Part shown: positions 1-9,758 of the stretch, piece after piece | Position numbering within the stretch: the first letter of the stretch is position 1 | Layout: every line of letters starts with the position of its first letter | DNA from: Treponemataceae bacterium | GTDB lineage: Bacteria; Spirochaetota; Spirochaetia; Treponematales; Rectinemataceae | Direction: 5' to 3' | DNA: 64,000 nt | Assembly: GCA_963677895.2 (NCBI GenBank) | Contig: CAXXGJ010000002.1 | Location: 224,001-288,000 of the forward strand | Made by a program: the position numbers and the translations under genes | Notes under the pieces: model-generated | Databases searched by the model: none | What the model was told of the DNA's origin: nothing | The model's input: the letters and a program-made list of their open reading frames with translations, nothing else

Positions 1-142
1 CTCCAAATGGATCTAGCGCGTCGATCGCCGGAATGCCTTGAATTTTTTGGTGTAGGATGGTCAGTATCGTCAAACCGACGAGCGCTATGCCCAGAGTCAC
101 TCTTCTGATGATCTGGATAGGTGATAGTCTTCTAGCCGCCAC
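1..142 (-). CDS. 5' part of a probable membrane 4Fe-4S binding protein (NapH/MauN-like); runs off the window start
   Basis: Manual translation from GTG at 142 (RBS AGGAGA) gives MAARRLSPIQIIRRVTLGIALVGLTILTILHQKIQGIPAIDALDPFG: a TM helix plus an ALxPFG motif. Confidence 0.5.
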   Translation of the reverse strand, partial: MAARRLSPIQIIRRVTLGIALVGLTILTILHQKIQGIPAIDALDPFG

Positions 143-191
143 AAATGTCTCCTATTGTTTTGACAAGTATGAAAATATGATATAAAACAGC

Positions 192-446
192 TTAAATCTT
201 TATCTCGATTTCGCTTTTTATCGAACGGAAAGTATCGGCGTCTATCTCTCCGCGCACAAATCGTTCGGTGAGGATCTCGAGGGCCCGCCTTTTCGGGTCG
301 TCGCGATCAAGCCTTTCAGTCCTTCCCGCCCTGATAGCCAGGACAGCCACAAACACAACGAGAGCTATAAACAGTAATCCCATGATCAAACCTCCCCAAG
401 GAAAGCCAAATGCGGCGTAACCGCCGCCATTCCAGGTATGGTACAT
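192..446 (-). CDS. SHOCT domain-containing membrane protein
   Basis: One TM helix, then ALEILTERFVRGEIDADTF (SHOCT signature); RBS GGAGG. Confidence 0.85.
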   Translation of the reverse strand: MYHTWNGGGYAAFGFPWGGLIMGLLFIALVVFVAVLAIRAGRTERLDRDDPKRRALEILTERFVRGEIDADTFRSIKSEIEIKI

Positions 447-483
447 ATAAACCTCCAGTAATTAGATGACTAGAAATATATAA

Positions 484-500
484 TGCAATTAGCGTGCCAA
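484..500 (-). promoter_or_regulatory. sigma54 (-24/-12) promoter for the SHOCT/Fe-S genes
   Basis: Minus strand reads TTGGCACGCTAATTGCA, matching TGGCAC-N5-TTGCA, about 40 nt upstream of the start codon. Confidence 0.8.
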
Positions 501-661
501 ATTAAGAACTAAAAATTATGAAATTTTATGATGTTTTTGATGATTTCTACAAGGTTTTATCGAATCGAGGCCATGTGAGGGGTAATGCCTTCCGAGGCGC
601 AGGCAATTTTTTCCCATCTCCGAGCAGAGGAAAGATGGAAACTAAAATGCTGGAGGTGGCT

Positions 662-3115
662 TCACCGTCGTAGCATCGCCACTTTGATGGCATCATTCAC
701 GACGAGGCAGGAAAACATCGCATACGCGAATATGGCGAGTGTCTGCGGCCAGGGCAACGGCAACAAGCCTGGCAATCCGATGCGGGTCAAAATAGTGCCT
801 ACCACTATTTCAGCCGCGACTGCCGTCGCAAGCATTTTGCTGGGCCTAGTCGTCCAGAACCATCTGCGTTCCCTTGCCGACACGATGGAGAATGCGGCAA
901 AGTAGAGCAGCATCAGGAAACTGAAAGTGAAAAGGGCATTGTCGTTTGTCGCCAAGCCAAAGCGCGACCAGCCGATGTACAGGAATAGCAGCGCTTCAAG
1001 CAGCATCGCGACGCCGAGCACCACGGACACTTTTATAAAGCCTCCGATATTCCAGGTCTCCGGCTTTTTGGAAGGTTGGACATGGTCGGTGGCGAGGGAG
1101 ATTTTCGCGAAATCCGTCATGAAGACGAGGAGGAGCATCGCGAAGGCGGAGACGACGAACTTGCCAGTCACCACAAAAGCGATGGCCACGAAGGCGGACT
1201 TCAGGATCGTCCGGCTTATCTTATTGACGATCCATGTAAGCACACGCTGATAAATCGTCCGCCCCTGTTCGACCAAGGTAACGATGTTCGTCAGCCCTGG
1301 TTCCGTGAGGACGACGCTCGCGGCACCCTTGGCCACATCGGTCGCGCTGCTGACGGCGATGCCGACTTCGGCCTGGCGCAGGGCGGGCGCGTCATTGACG
1401 CCGTCGCCCGTCATGCCGGTGACGTGACCCGCGGCCTGCAAGCGCTGCACGACAATATACTTGTCTTCTGGATACACTTCGGCGAATCCATCGACCCCGT
1501 CCAGCAAATCCTTGCCCGCGTCGCCAGCCTGGGCATCAGCCTGTGCGCTCGCGGCTTTCAGGTCAGCGACACGCCTTATGATAGGCAGGCCGACTCCCTG
1601 AGCGATTTCGCTAGCGACAGCCAGGGCGTCGCCTGTCAGCATCTTCACGGAGACGCCGAGATCCCGGAGCTTCGCGATAAGTTCCCTGGCATCCGGCCGG
1701 GGCGGGTCGAATAGACTCACCAAGCCGACAACCTCAAGCTTGCCCCCGTCCGGACCGAGCGCTACCGCCAGACTACGATATCCCTTCAACGCCGCTTCGC
1801 CGACCCGCGCCTCCAATTCGGCGATTGCCGAATCTTCATATCCGCAGGCCGATGCGATGGTTCGAACGGCGCCCTTCATTACCCGCAGTCTCTGCCCGCC
1901 CTGCTCGACCACGGCTTCCGTCCGGCGGCTTTTCGCGTCGAAGGGCGCGAAGGATAGCTGTGTAACCGCGGGCAGGCCGTCGAAAATGTGCCGTTCTTTC
2001 GCGGCGGCGAGGAAGGCCTGGTCGATCGGATCCTGATTGGCCTCCTGGGATGCCAGAGCCCCCGCGAACAGCACATCGGCCTCGGTCGCCTTTTCTATCG
2101 GCATGATACCGGTGACGGCAAGACGATTCATCGTGATGGTGCCTGTCTTGTCCGCGCAGAGCACATCCATCGTCGCAGCGTCTTCCGCGGCGCTCAGACG
2201 CGTGACTAATACACCTTTTTTTGCCAGTTCCTTCGCTCCGACGGCCATGCTGACCGTGAACATGACGGGAAGCGCGACCGGAACCGCGCTCATCAGAAGG
2301 ACAAGGAGAAGCGGGACAACATCGAGCAGCGGGACACCGCGGATGACCGACAGGACAATGACCACGCCGAGCAGCGTTCCGACGATGACAAAAAGCCAGC
2401 GGACCACCTTCGTCACTACCGCTTCGATATGAAGCTTCGGCCGAGCATTCTGAACCAGTTCCGTCGTGCGGCCAAAATAGGTCTTCGCCCCCGTCAGCAT
2501 GACAGCCCCATTGCCTTCGCCCCGTCGGACGATGGATCCCGACGAGAGCACCTCGCCGGGCGACTTGTCGACATCCAGCGATTCGCCGGTAAGGGCCGAC
2601 TGATCGACGCTCAGCGCATCGGTCAGGAGCTTGATGTCGGCTGGGATGATATCGCCCGTCCGGAGACGGACGATGTCGCCCGGGACCAGCTCGCGAGAAG
2701 GAATGAGCCGCCACGCGGTATCCCGCAGGACGCGCGCGCTGACCTGCAAACGCTGCCTGAGCGCCTCTACGACGCCGGCAGCTCTTTGCTCCTGCATGAA
2801 GCTCAACACGGCATTGATGAAAAGGAGCGATCCCACCACGATGAGGTCGGAATATTTTCCGAGGACGACCGAAAGAATCATGATCAACTCGAGCATCCAC
2901 GCCGATATACCCCAGAATTTTCGCAAGAAAGCCCAGATAGGATGCTCTTTCTTTTCAGCTACTTCGTTGTAGCCATGCTCCTTCCGGCGGCTTTCCACCT
3001 CGGCGCCGGAAAGTCCGGTCCCGGGGTTTACCTGAAGCGCCGCAAGCGTATCGGAAATCGAAAGGGTCGCGATATCGGGAGCTTTGCTGGGTGGTGATGT
3101 TGAAGCTTGGCTCAT
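662..3115 (-). CDS. Proton-efflux P-type ATPase (type IIIA)
   Basis: TGES, DKTGT, TGDGVNDAPAL motifs; M4 PVALP; Asp in M6 (FMTDF). Confidence 0.88.
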   Translation of the reverse strand: MSQASTSPPSKAPDIATLSISDTLAALQVNPGTGLSGAEVESRRKEHGYNEVAEKKEHPIWAFLRKFWGISAWMLELIMILSVVLGKYSDLIVVGSLLFINAVLSFMQEQRAAGVVEALRQRLQVSARVLRDTAWRLIPSRELVPGDIVRLRTGDIIPADIKLLTDALSVDQSALTGESLDVDKSPGEVLSSGSIVRRGEGNGAVMLTGAKTYFGRTTELVQNARPKLHIEAVVTKVVRWLFVIVGTLLGVVIVLSVIRGVPLLDVVPLLLVLLMSAVPVALPVMFTVSMAVGAKELAKKGVLVTRLSAAEDAATMDVLCADKTGTITMNRLAVTGIMPIEKATEADVLFAGALASQEANQDPIDQAFLAAAKERHIFDGLPAVTQLSFAPFDAKSRRTEAVVEQGGQRLRVMKGAVRTIASACGYEDSAIAELEARVGEAALKGYRSLAVALGPDGGKLEVVGLVSLFDPPRPDARELIAKLRDLGVSVKMLTGDALAVASEIAQGVGLPIIRRVADLKAASAQADAQAGDAGKDLLDGVDGFAEVYPEDKYIVVQRLQAAGHVTGMTGDGVNDAPALRQAEVGIAVSSATDVAKGAASVVLTEPGLTNIVTLVEQGRTIYQRVLTWIVNKISRTILKSAFVAIAFVVTGKFVVSAFAMLLLVFMTDFAKISLATDHVQPSKKPETWNIGGFIKVSVVLGVAMLLEALLFLYIGWSRFGLATNDNALFTFSFLMLLYFAAFSIVSARERRWFWTTRPSKMLATAVAAEIVVGTILTRIGLPGLLPLPWPQTLAIFAYAMFSCLVVNDAIKVAMLRR

Positions 3116-3242
3116 TTAGCACTCCTTAGCGGTGTACATAAACGATGTTTTTCCTATGCTATAGAAGATAACAAAAACCACAACTCGAAAGTGGAAGCTT
3201 CATCTCTTTTAAAAGGACTGAAGCGATGGCTTTCCATTTTCC

Positions 3243-3271
3243 TTGACAGATTGCTGTGGTCCTCCTACCAT
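3243..3271 (+). promoter_or_regulatory. sigma70 promoter of the first ABC operon
   Basis: TTGACA-17nt-TACCAT. Confidence 0.65.
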
Positions 3272-3312
3272 TCAAGGCGTAACGAATCCCAATCCTTTTT
3301 CCGGAGGCTGCC

Positions 3313-4320
3313 ATGAAGAAAATCGCTCTTGCGCTCGCGTCGCTCATGTTGTTATGCGCGCTGTTGCCCGTCGCCGCGAAGCCCGGACAGACCCTCGTCG
3401 TCTATTCCAGCGTCGACGAAGTCAATTCCAAGAAAATCCTGGATTCCTTCACGGCCGACACGGGAATCGCCGTCCAGTTCGTCCAGCTTTCGTCAGGACC
3501 GGCCTACGCCAGAATCAAGGCCGAATCCTCCAATCCCCAGGCCGATGTCTGGCTGGGCGCCCCGAGCGAGAACCACATCATCGCCCGAAACGAAAAGCTC
3601 ACAATCGCCTACAAAGGCCCCAACTTCGACAAGCTGGGCAAGGAATTCAAGGACCCCGACGGCTATTGGCGCTCCTTCTACATGAATCCGATGGCCTTCG
3701 GCGTCAACACCCAGGTGTTGGCCAGGATAGGCGCTCCCAAGCCGACGAGCTGGGCGGATCTTCTCAACCCCGCCTTCAAGGGCCAGATCCAGATGCCCTC
3801 TCCCCAGTCCTCGGGCACGGCCTACAATATCATCGCCTCCCTCGTCGTCCTGATGGGCGAGGAAAAGGCCTACGACTATATGAAAAAGCTCGCCCCGAAC
3901 GTCCAGACCTACACTTCCTCGGGCACGGCTCCCTCCAAGGCCGTCCAGGTAGGGCAGTGCGCCGTCGCTCTCCAGTTCAGCCCCGGCTATTTCGAGGCTA
4001 TCGAGAAGGGCTTCCCCGTCGAAGTCGTCTTCCCGAAGGAGGGCGTCTGGTTCGAGGCTCCGGCCGTCTCCATCCTCAAGGGAGCCAAGAATCTCGAATC
4101 CGCCCAGGCTCTCGTGGACTGGCTTGAGACCGTGAAGGGTCAGAACGTGTACACGGAGAATCAGACTTACTTCTATCCCGTGCTGGCGGGCGCCAAGCTC
4201 GGCAAGGGCATGCCCGAGTTCGAATCCCTGAAAACGATCGACGTCGATCCCATCTGGGCGGCCGACAGCAAGAAACGCCTGGTGGAGAAGTGGGTTCAGG
4301 AAGTGCTCTCCGTAAAATGA
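3313..4320 (+). CDS. ABC transporter substrate-binding protein (AfuA/FbpA-like)
   Basis: Signal peptide; NPQADVWLG, PTSWADLL and PQSSGTAY motifs. Confidence 0.88.
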   Translation: MKKIALALASLMLLCALLPVAAKPGQTLVVYSSVDEVNSKKILDSFTADTGIAVQFVQLSSGPAYARIKAESSNPQADVWLGAPSENHIIARNEKLTIAYKGPNFDKLGKEFKDPDGYWRSFYMNPMAFGVNTQVLARIGAPKPTSWADLLNPAFKGQIQMPSPQSSGTAYNIIASLVVLMGEEKAYDYMKKLAPNVQTYTSSGTAPSKAVQVGQCAVALQFSPGYFEAIEKGFPVEVVFPKEGVWFEAPAVSILKGAKNLESAQALVDWLETVKGQNVYTENQTYFYPVLAGAKLGKGMPEFESLKTIDVDPIWAADSKKRLVEKWVQEVLSVK

Positions 4321-4335
4321 CGGCAGACTGAAATC

Positions 4336-6027
4336 GTGGGAACATCGTCTCCCTCGCGGGCGTTCGGCGACCTGAAGCGGATCGCCCGCGATCCTTTATT
4401 GCTGATCATCTCAATTCTCACCATGGTGTCGCTCATCGTCTTCGTGGTCTATCCCATTCTGAGCGTCGTGTTGCAGAGCCTTAAGACGAACGCGGGGTTT
4501 TCGACTGCCATCTACGGGGAAGTGCTGAAGTCGGCTTACCTGCGCAAGGCTTTCTGGAACAGCCTCATGATGAGCGCCCTCACCGCTCTTGTCGGAACCC
4601 TCGTCGGTTTCGCCTTCGCCTTCGCGGTGACGAGGGCGAATGTGCCCTTCAAGAAACTGTTCAACGTCATCGCCATCATCCCGATAGTGTCGCCGCCCTT
4701 CATCGGCGCCCTCGCCATCATCATGCTCTTCGGCAACAACGGTCTTATCACCTGGAATCTCCTGAAAATCCAGAACTTCCCGATCTACGGCTTCAACGGG
4801 CTGTTCCTGGCCCAGGTCGTCACCTTCTTCCCCGTCGCCTACATGACGCTGAAAGGGGTGCTGGAGGGGATGAATCCCGTCCTCGAGGACGCGGCGCTCA
4901 ACCTGGGCGGTTCTCGCTTCAAGGTTTTCCGCCGCGTGACCCTTCCCCTCGCCTTTCCGGGCATCGCGAGCTCGATCCTCCTTCTTTTCGTTGAAACGTT
5001 GGCCGATTTTGGAAATCCCCTCATCCTCGCGGGAAGCAAATTCCCCGTGCTGTCGGTGCAGGCTTATCTCCAGATCGTCGGCATGTACGACCTTCCCAAG
5101 GGCGCGGCGATCTCGGTATTCCTCCTCGCGCCTTCACTCGTGGCCTTCTATTTCCAGCGCGCCATGGTGAAAAGGAAAAAGTACACGACGGTGACGGGCA
5201 AGCCCCAGGCTTCCTCGGGCAAGATCGTGAGCCCTGGAGCGCGGATGACGTTATTCGCCATTTGCCTTGTCGTCGCCCTTCTCATCGGGCTGATCTACTT
5301 TTCCATTCTCCTCGGCTCTCTCGCCAAGGTTTGGGGCTATGACCACCACCTCACCTTCGATCACTACAAGTTCGTCTTCGGCGTCGGCTTCAAGGCGGTG
5401 CGCGACACCTTGATGATAGCGGGCATCGCGACGCCGATAGCCGGCCTTTTCGGCATGGTGATAGCCTTTCTCGTGGTGCGCACGAGGGTGCCCGGCAAGA
5501 AGCTCATCGGCGCGATGAGCATCCTTTCCTTCGCCGTGCCGGGCACCGTCATCGGCATCGGCTACATTCTCGCCTTCAACCACAAGCCGCTCGCACTCAC
5601 GGGAACGCTAACCATTCTCCTTCTCAACTTCGTGTTCAGATACATTCCCGTCGGCATCGAGTCGGGCACGGCCATCCTCCAGCAGATCGATCCATCGATT
5701 GAGGAGGCGGCCGTCGACCTGGGCGCCGACGCGCGGCGCACCTTCACGAAAATCACCCTGCCTATGATCGTGCCAGCTTTTTTCTCCGGCCTCGTCTTCG
5801 CCTTCGTGCGCGCGATGACGGCGGTGAGCGCCGCCATATTCCTCGTGTCGTCGCGATGGAACCTGATGACGGTGCATATAATGTCCCAGGTGGAATCGGG
5901 CAACCTGGGCGCGGCCGCCGCCTATAGCGTCATCCTCGTCCTCATCGTCGGCGCGGCGATAAGCCTCATCCGCCTTATATTGAAAGCCCAGTACGGCCGT
6001 TTCGGCGGCAACATGCTTCATTTCTGA
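4336..6027 (+). CDS. ABC transporter permease with two TM modules (AfuB/FbpB-like)
   Basis: Two EAA loops (LEDAALNLG, IEEAAVDLG). Confidence 0.9.
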   Translation: MGTSSPSRAFGDLKRIARDPLLLIISILTMVSLIVFVVYPILSVVLQSLKTNAGFSTAIYGEVLKSAYLRKAFWNSLMMSALTALVGTLVGFAFAFAVTRANVPFKKLFNVIAIIPIVSPPFIGALAIIMLFGNNGLITWNLLKIQNFPIYGFNGLFLAQVVTFFPVAYMTLKGVLEGMNPVLEDAALNLGGSRFKVFRRVTLPLAFPGIASSILLLFVETLADFGNPLILAGSKFPVLSVQAYLQIVGMYDLPKGAAISVFLLAPSLVAFYFQRAMVKRKKYTTVTGKPQASSGKIVSPGARMTLFAICLVVALLIGLIYFSILLGSLAKVWGYDHHLTFDHYKFVFGVGFKAVRDTLMIAGIATPIAGLFGMVIAFLVVRTRVPGKKLIGAMSILSFAVPGTVIGIGYILAFNHKPLALTGTLTILLLNFVFRYIPVGIESGTAILQQIDPSIEEAAVDLGADARRTFTKITLPMIVPAFFSGLVFAFVRAMTAVSAAIFLVSSRWNLMTVHIMSQVESGNLGAAAAYSVILVLIVGAAISLIRLILKAQYGRFGGNMLHF

Positions 6028-6037
6028 AGGAGAGCCC

Positions 6038-7165
6038 ATGAGCGTGCGACTCGTCGGCATTAACAAGGAATTCCCCGATCCCGAGCGCTCGGGAGGCATC
6101 ATGCTCGCCGTGAGGGACATGAACCTCGAGATACGCGAAGGCGAGTTCATCACCCTCCTCGGCCCTTCGGGCTGCGGCAAGACGACGACCCTGCGCATGG
6201 TGGCGGGATTCGAGATTCCCACGAGCGGGGAGATATGGATTTCGGGCGAGATGGTGAACGATGTGCCGCCCAACAAGCGCGACACGACGATGGTATTCCA
6301 GAGTTACGCGATTTTTCCCCATATGTCGGTGGAGCAGAATGTGGGATTCGGCCTTGAGCTGAAAGGCAGGCCCAAGGCTGAAATCAGGGAAGAGACGGCG
6401 AAGGTGATGGAAGTGATGGGCATCACCGAGCTCGGCAAGCGCAGACCCGATCAGCTCTCGGGCGGCCAGCAGCAGCGCGTAGCCCTCGCGAGGGCCGTGG
6501 TGAACAGGCCTCGCGTTCTTCTTTTCGACGAGCCGCTCTCCAACCTCGACGCAAAGTTGCGCGAAACCATGCGCGTGGAGATCAGGCGCATCCAGCAGAC
6601 CTTCGGCATCACGAGCATCTATGTCACCCACGACCAGGCCGAAGCCATGACGGTGTCGGACAGGATCGTCGTGATGGAGAAGGGGCTCGTGATGCAGGTG
6701 GGCAGCCCTTTCGAGGTCTATTCCAGGCCGGCCAGCCGCTTCGTCGCCGATTTTATCGGCAAGGTGAATTTCTTCCCGGTCACGGTGCTGACCGCCGGTT
6801 CATCGCCAATGGCCCGCGATCCGCGAGGCAGGGAGCTGCCCGCCGCGAGCATAGACCCCGCGCTGAAGGCGGGCGACGAAGCCCTGCTCACCGTGAGGCC
6901 TGAGTCGCTGAGGCTGGGCAAGGCCGAAAACGCGTCCGCGGGCGCGCTCCCGGGCGGAGCAGAAAAAACAGCGATTTTTGGCGAAGGAAAAGTGACGAAG
7001 GCGGTCTATCTCGGCTCCGTCATCGAGTACGAAATCGACGCGGGCTACGAAAAACCCCTCATGGCTCTCAGCCATGATCCCGTGAATGGCGAATTCTACA
7101 AGGTGGGCGACACCGTGCCTTTCTCGTTTTCAAAGAGGGCGGCGCACATTCTGCCGCGGGCTTAA
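6038..7165 (+). CDS. ABC transporter ATP-binding protein (AfuC/PotA-like)
   Basis: GPSGCGKT, LSGGQQQR, LFDEP; TOBE-like C-terminus. Confidence 0.92.
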   Translation: MSVRLVGINKEFPDPERSGGIMLAVRDMNLEIREGEFITLLGPSGCGKTTTLRMVAGFEIPTSGEIWISGEMVNDVPPNKRDTTMVFQSYAIFPHMSVEQNVGFGLELKGRPKAEIREETAKVMEVMGITELGKRRPDQLSGGQQQRVALARAVVNRPRVLLFDEPLSNLDAKLRETMRVEIRRIQQTFGITSIYVTHDQAEAMTVSDRIVVMEKGLVMQVGSPFEVYSRPASRFVADFIGKVNFFPVTVLTAGSSPMARDPRGRELPAASIDPALKAGDEALLTVRPESLRLGKAENASAGALPGGAEKTAIFGEGKVTKAVYLGSVIEYEIDAGYEKPLMALSHDPVNGEFYKVGDTVPFSFSKRAAHILPRA

Positions 7166-7169
7166 GCGT

Positions 7170-7568
7170 TCAGGGACGCAAGCCCTTCAGCGCCGTAGCC
7201 AGCAGGGTGGCGGCCAACATTCCCAGGACTATCGCTCCGCAGGCGAGGACATTGTTGAGGAAAAAATTGAGGAAGGCCGGTCCATAAGCCTTCTTCTGGA
7301 GAAGGGCGACGGTTTCGAAGGCGTAGGTGGAGAAGGTGGTGTAGGCTCCGACGAAGCCTACGGCGGCGAAGGGCCGCCAGGCAGCAGGCACGATAGCCAT
7401 TTCCATGAGCGACACGATAAGCCCGATGATGAAAGATCCTGTGACATTTACGAAGAGCGTTCCGAAGGGCAGGGCTGTTCCCGCCCTCGAACTCGCGGCA
7501 CCCGACAGCAAAAAGCGGGCGACGGCCCCAAGACCTCCGCCCGCGAATATCGCGAAAATATTTCCCAT
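7170..7568 (-). CDS. crcB: Fluoride efflux channel CrcB/Fluc
   Basis: GGGLGAVARF, PFGTLFVN, GFVGAYTTFST motifs. Confidence 0.93.
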   Translation of the reverse strand: MGNIFAIFAGGGLGAVARFLLSGAASSRAGTALPFGTLFVNVTGSFIIGLIVSLMEMAIVPAAWRPFAAVGFVGAYTTFSTYAFETVALLQKKAYGPAFLNFFLNNVLACGAIVLGMLAATLLATALKGLRP

Positions 7569-7638
7569 AGCCCCGATCGTAGCGCATCGGGGCTATGGGG
7601 CTCAAGCCGCCTGAAAGCGGCTTCCTGAATTTAACTTC

Positions 7639-8262
7639 CTAGAAACCGGCGTCCTCGTTCATGAGAATGATCTTGACGCGTCCGGGCTGAACTTCCTTGT
7701 TGAAAATGAGCACTTTCGAGGGCCCGCTGTTGAAGCTCTCGGGCAGGCCGTAGGCTTTTCGCGCCCTCGCGCTTTCCTGGGGCACGACATGCTCGACAAG
7801 GCGGTTCCAGGCTTCATCGAGGTTCTTGACGATCTTCTTCGTGCTGACGACAAAAATGGCGGTGCCCGCTCCGTAGGCGTAGGCGGGAAGCTGGCTTCCC
7901 GTGAGGGAGGCGACGAGGAACTTGCCGTCCTCGGTGAGCGCGTGGACGGAGCCCACGGATACGTCGGGTCCGGCTCCGAGCTTGCGCATCTCGCGGCCTT
8001 GGGTAGCGCCGTTCATCGAGCCCAGCTTCGCGCGCACAGAATCGTAGGTGCCGGACTCGTTCAGCGCGGCCGAGAGCCCGATCGAGTCGACGGTGACCGA
8101 CGCCATGGTGAAGACCTCGGCCTTGGCCGGTATGAATTCGAGCGCTTTGCGTTTCGCTTCCTCGGCATTAGCCGCGATGGTGACATCGAAGCCGTTGGCC
8201 CTGAGGGCCGCGGCCGTTTTTTCTACTGTTTCACTGCTGGGCAGGGTATTCCATGAACTCAT
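7639..8262 (-). CDS. LUD-domain (lactate utilisation-like) protein
   Basis: SVHALTEDG, TGSQL, STKKIV motifs; ATG at 8262 has RBS AAGGAG. Confidence 0.8.
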   Translation of the reverse strand: MSSWNTLPSSETVEKTAAALRANGFDVTIAANAEEAKRKALEFIPAKAEVFTMASVTVDSIGLSAALNESGTYDSVRAKLGSMNGATQGREMRKLGAGPDVSVGSVHALTEDGKFLVASLTGSQLPAYAYGAGTAIFVVSTKKIVKNLDEAWNRLVEHVVPQESARARKAYGLPESFNSGPSKVLIFNKEVQPGRVKIILMNEDAGF

Positions 8263-8417
8263 TTTTGATCTCCTTGCGATCACTGTATGATTAATAATAT
8301 ATAAAAGATAATCTATATAGGCAAATCGAAAGTCACGATCATAACGAGCAAAGCTGGCGGGAATGCCATTCCGGGCATATAATAAGGCGCGGTATATCGA
8401 TGAAAGGATATCGAAGC

Positions 8418-9725
8418 ATGATTGACGAATCGAGCGCTATCTACCAAATATTCCTGAGAAACTTCACGCCTGAGGGCGCGTTCGCCGCGGCCATTCCTCG
8501 CCTGGCGGGGGTCGCGGCCATGGGCTTTGACTGGATCTGTCTCACGCCGATTCACCCGATCGGGGTGAAGTCGCGGAAGGGCGCTCTAGGAAGCCCCTAC
8601 GCGATTAAAGATTATCGCGCCATCGATCCGGCGTTGGGGACGATGGACGATTTCCGGGCATTCCTGGCCGCCGCCCACAGTCTCGGGCTCAAGGTCATGA
8701 TGGATGTCGTCTACAATCACACCTCGCCCGATTCGGTCCTGGCGCGCGAGAATCCCGAATGGTTCCTGCACGAGGGCGCCGCCGGGGCTCTCGGCCGCAA
8801 ATGCGCCGATTGGTCGGATGTTGTCGATCTGGATTACGGTTCCTCGCCCCATCTCTGGGTGGAGCTTATGTCCATCCTTGTCGGCTGGCGGGAGGAGGGC
8901 GTGGACGGCTTTCGTTGCGACGTGGCTTCCCTCGTGCCGGTGGATTTCTGGAAACAGGCCAGGCAGCGCGTGAACCAGTACGATCCAGGCCTGCGCCGCG
9001 AGCGATATCCGCTGGTCTGGCTCGCCGAATCGGTACATCCGGCATTTCTCAAAAAGATGCGCGCGGCCGGTTATGGCGCCTGGTCCGAGCCGGAGTTGCA
9101 CAGCGTCTTCGACCTGAGCTACGACTACGACGGCTGGGAACGCCTGGAAAAGGTATGGGATCGGCAAAAAGGCGCGGATTACTATCTCGATTATCTCTAC
9201 GTTCAAGAGACTTTATATCCTAAATCGGCCCGAAAGATTCGATACCTGGAAAATCATGACCTGCCGAGGGCGGCGGGGCGCTTTAAAAGCCGCGCCGATC
9301 TCGAAGCCTGGACCCTGTTCTACCAGTTCATACCCGGTCTCAGCTTCGCCTACATGGGGCAGGAATTCGCCATAGATCACAAGCCCGATCTCTTCGAAAA
9401 AGATCCCGTCGACTGGGCTTCGGGCGATTCCGCCTTCCGCGGCTGGTTCGCGGCCGCTTTTTCTGCCTGCCAAAAAGCCAAGGCCAAGGCTCCTTTCTTT
9501 TCCTGGACCGAGGTGGGCAAAGGCGTCTATCTGCTGAAGCGGGCAGCGTCGGCCGCCTCGCGGGAGCCCGGATTCGCGGCCCTCCTCAACCTCGAGGGAT
9601 GGACGGGGCTGATCGAGTTGGCGACTCCCCTGCGAGGGCGAGACCTCGTGACCGGGGCCACCATCTCGCTCGAGGGCGAAATGATCGCGCCGAAAAATCC
9701 CCTCATCCTGGAATTATTCGCTTGA
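8418..9725 (+). CDS. GH13 alpha-amylase-family glycoside hydrolase (cytoplasmic)
   Basis: DVVYNH, DGFRCDVA (nucleophile), LAES (acid/base), ENHD; start could be 8400. Confidence 0.9.
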   Translation: MIDESSAIYQIFLRNFTPEGAFAAAIPRLAGVAAMGFDWICLTPIHPIGVKSRKGALGSPYAIKDYRAIDPALGTMDDFRAFLAAAHSLGLKVMMDVVYNHTSPDSVLARENPEWFLHEGAAGALGRKCADWSDVVDLDYGSSPHLWVELMSILVGWREEGVDGFRCDVASLVPVDFWKQARQRVNQYDPGLRRERYPLVWLAESVHPAFLKKMRAAGYGAWSEPELHSVFDLSYDYDGWERLEKVWDRQKGADYYLDYLYVQETLYPKSARKIRYLENHDLPRAAGRFKSRADLEAWTLFYQFIPGLSFAYMGQEFAIDHKPDLFEKDPVDWASGDSAFRGWFAAAFSACQKAKAKAPFFSWTEVGKGVYLLKRAASAASREPGFAALLNLEGWTGLIELATPLRGRDLVTGATISLEGEMIAPKNPLILELFA

Positions 9726-9752
9726 CCCTGACGTAAGGTCAGGCTGTATTCT
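9722..9752 (+). promoter_or_regulatory. MerR-type promoter with dyad operator
   Basis: TTGACC-19nt-TATTCT with inverted repeat CCTGAC-GTAAG-GTCAGG. Confidence 0.85.
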
Positions 9753-9758
9753 CTCTTC

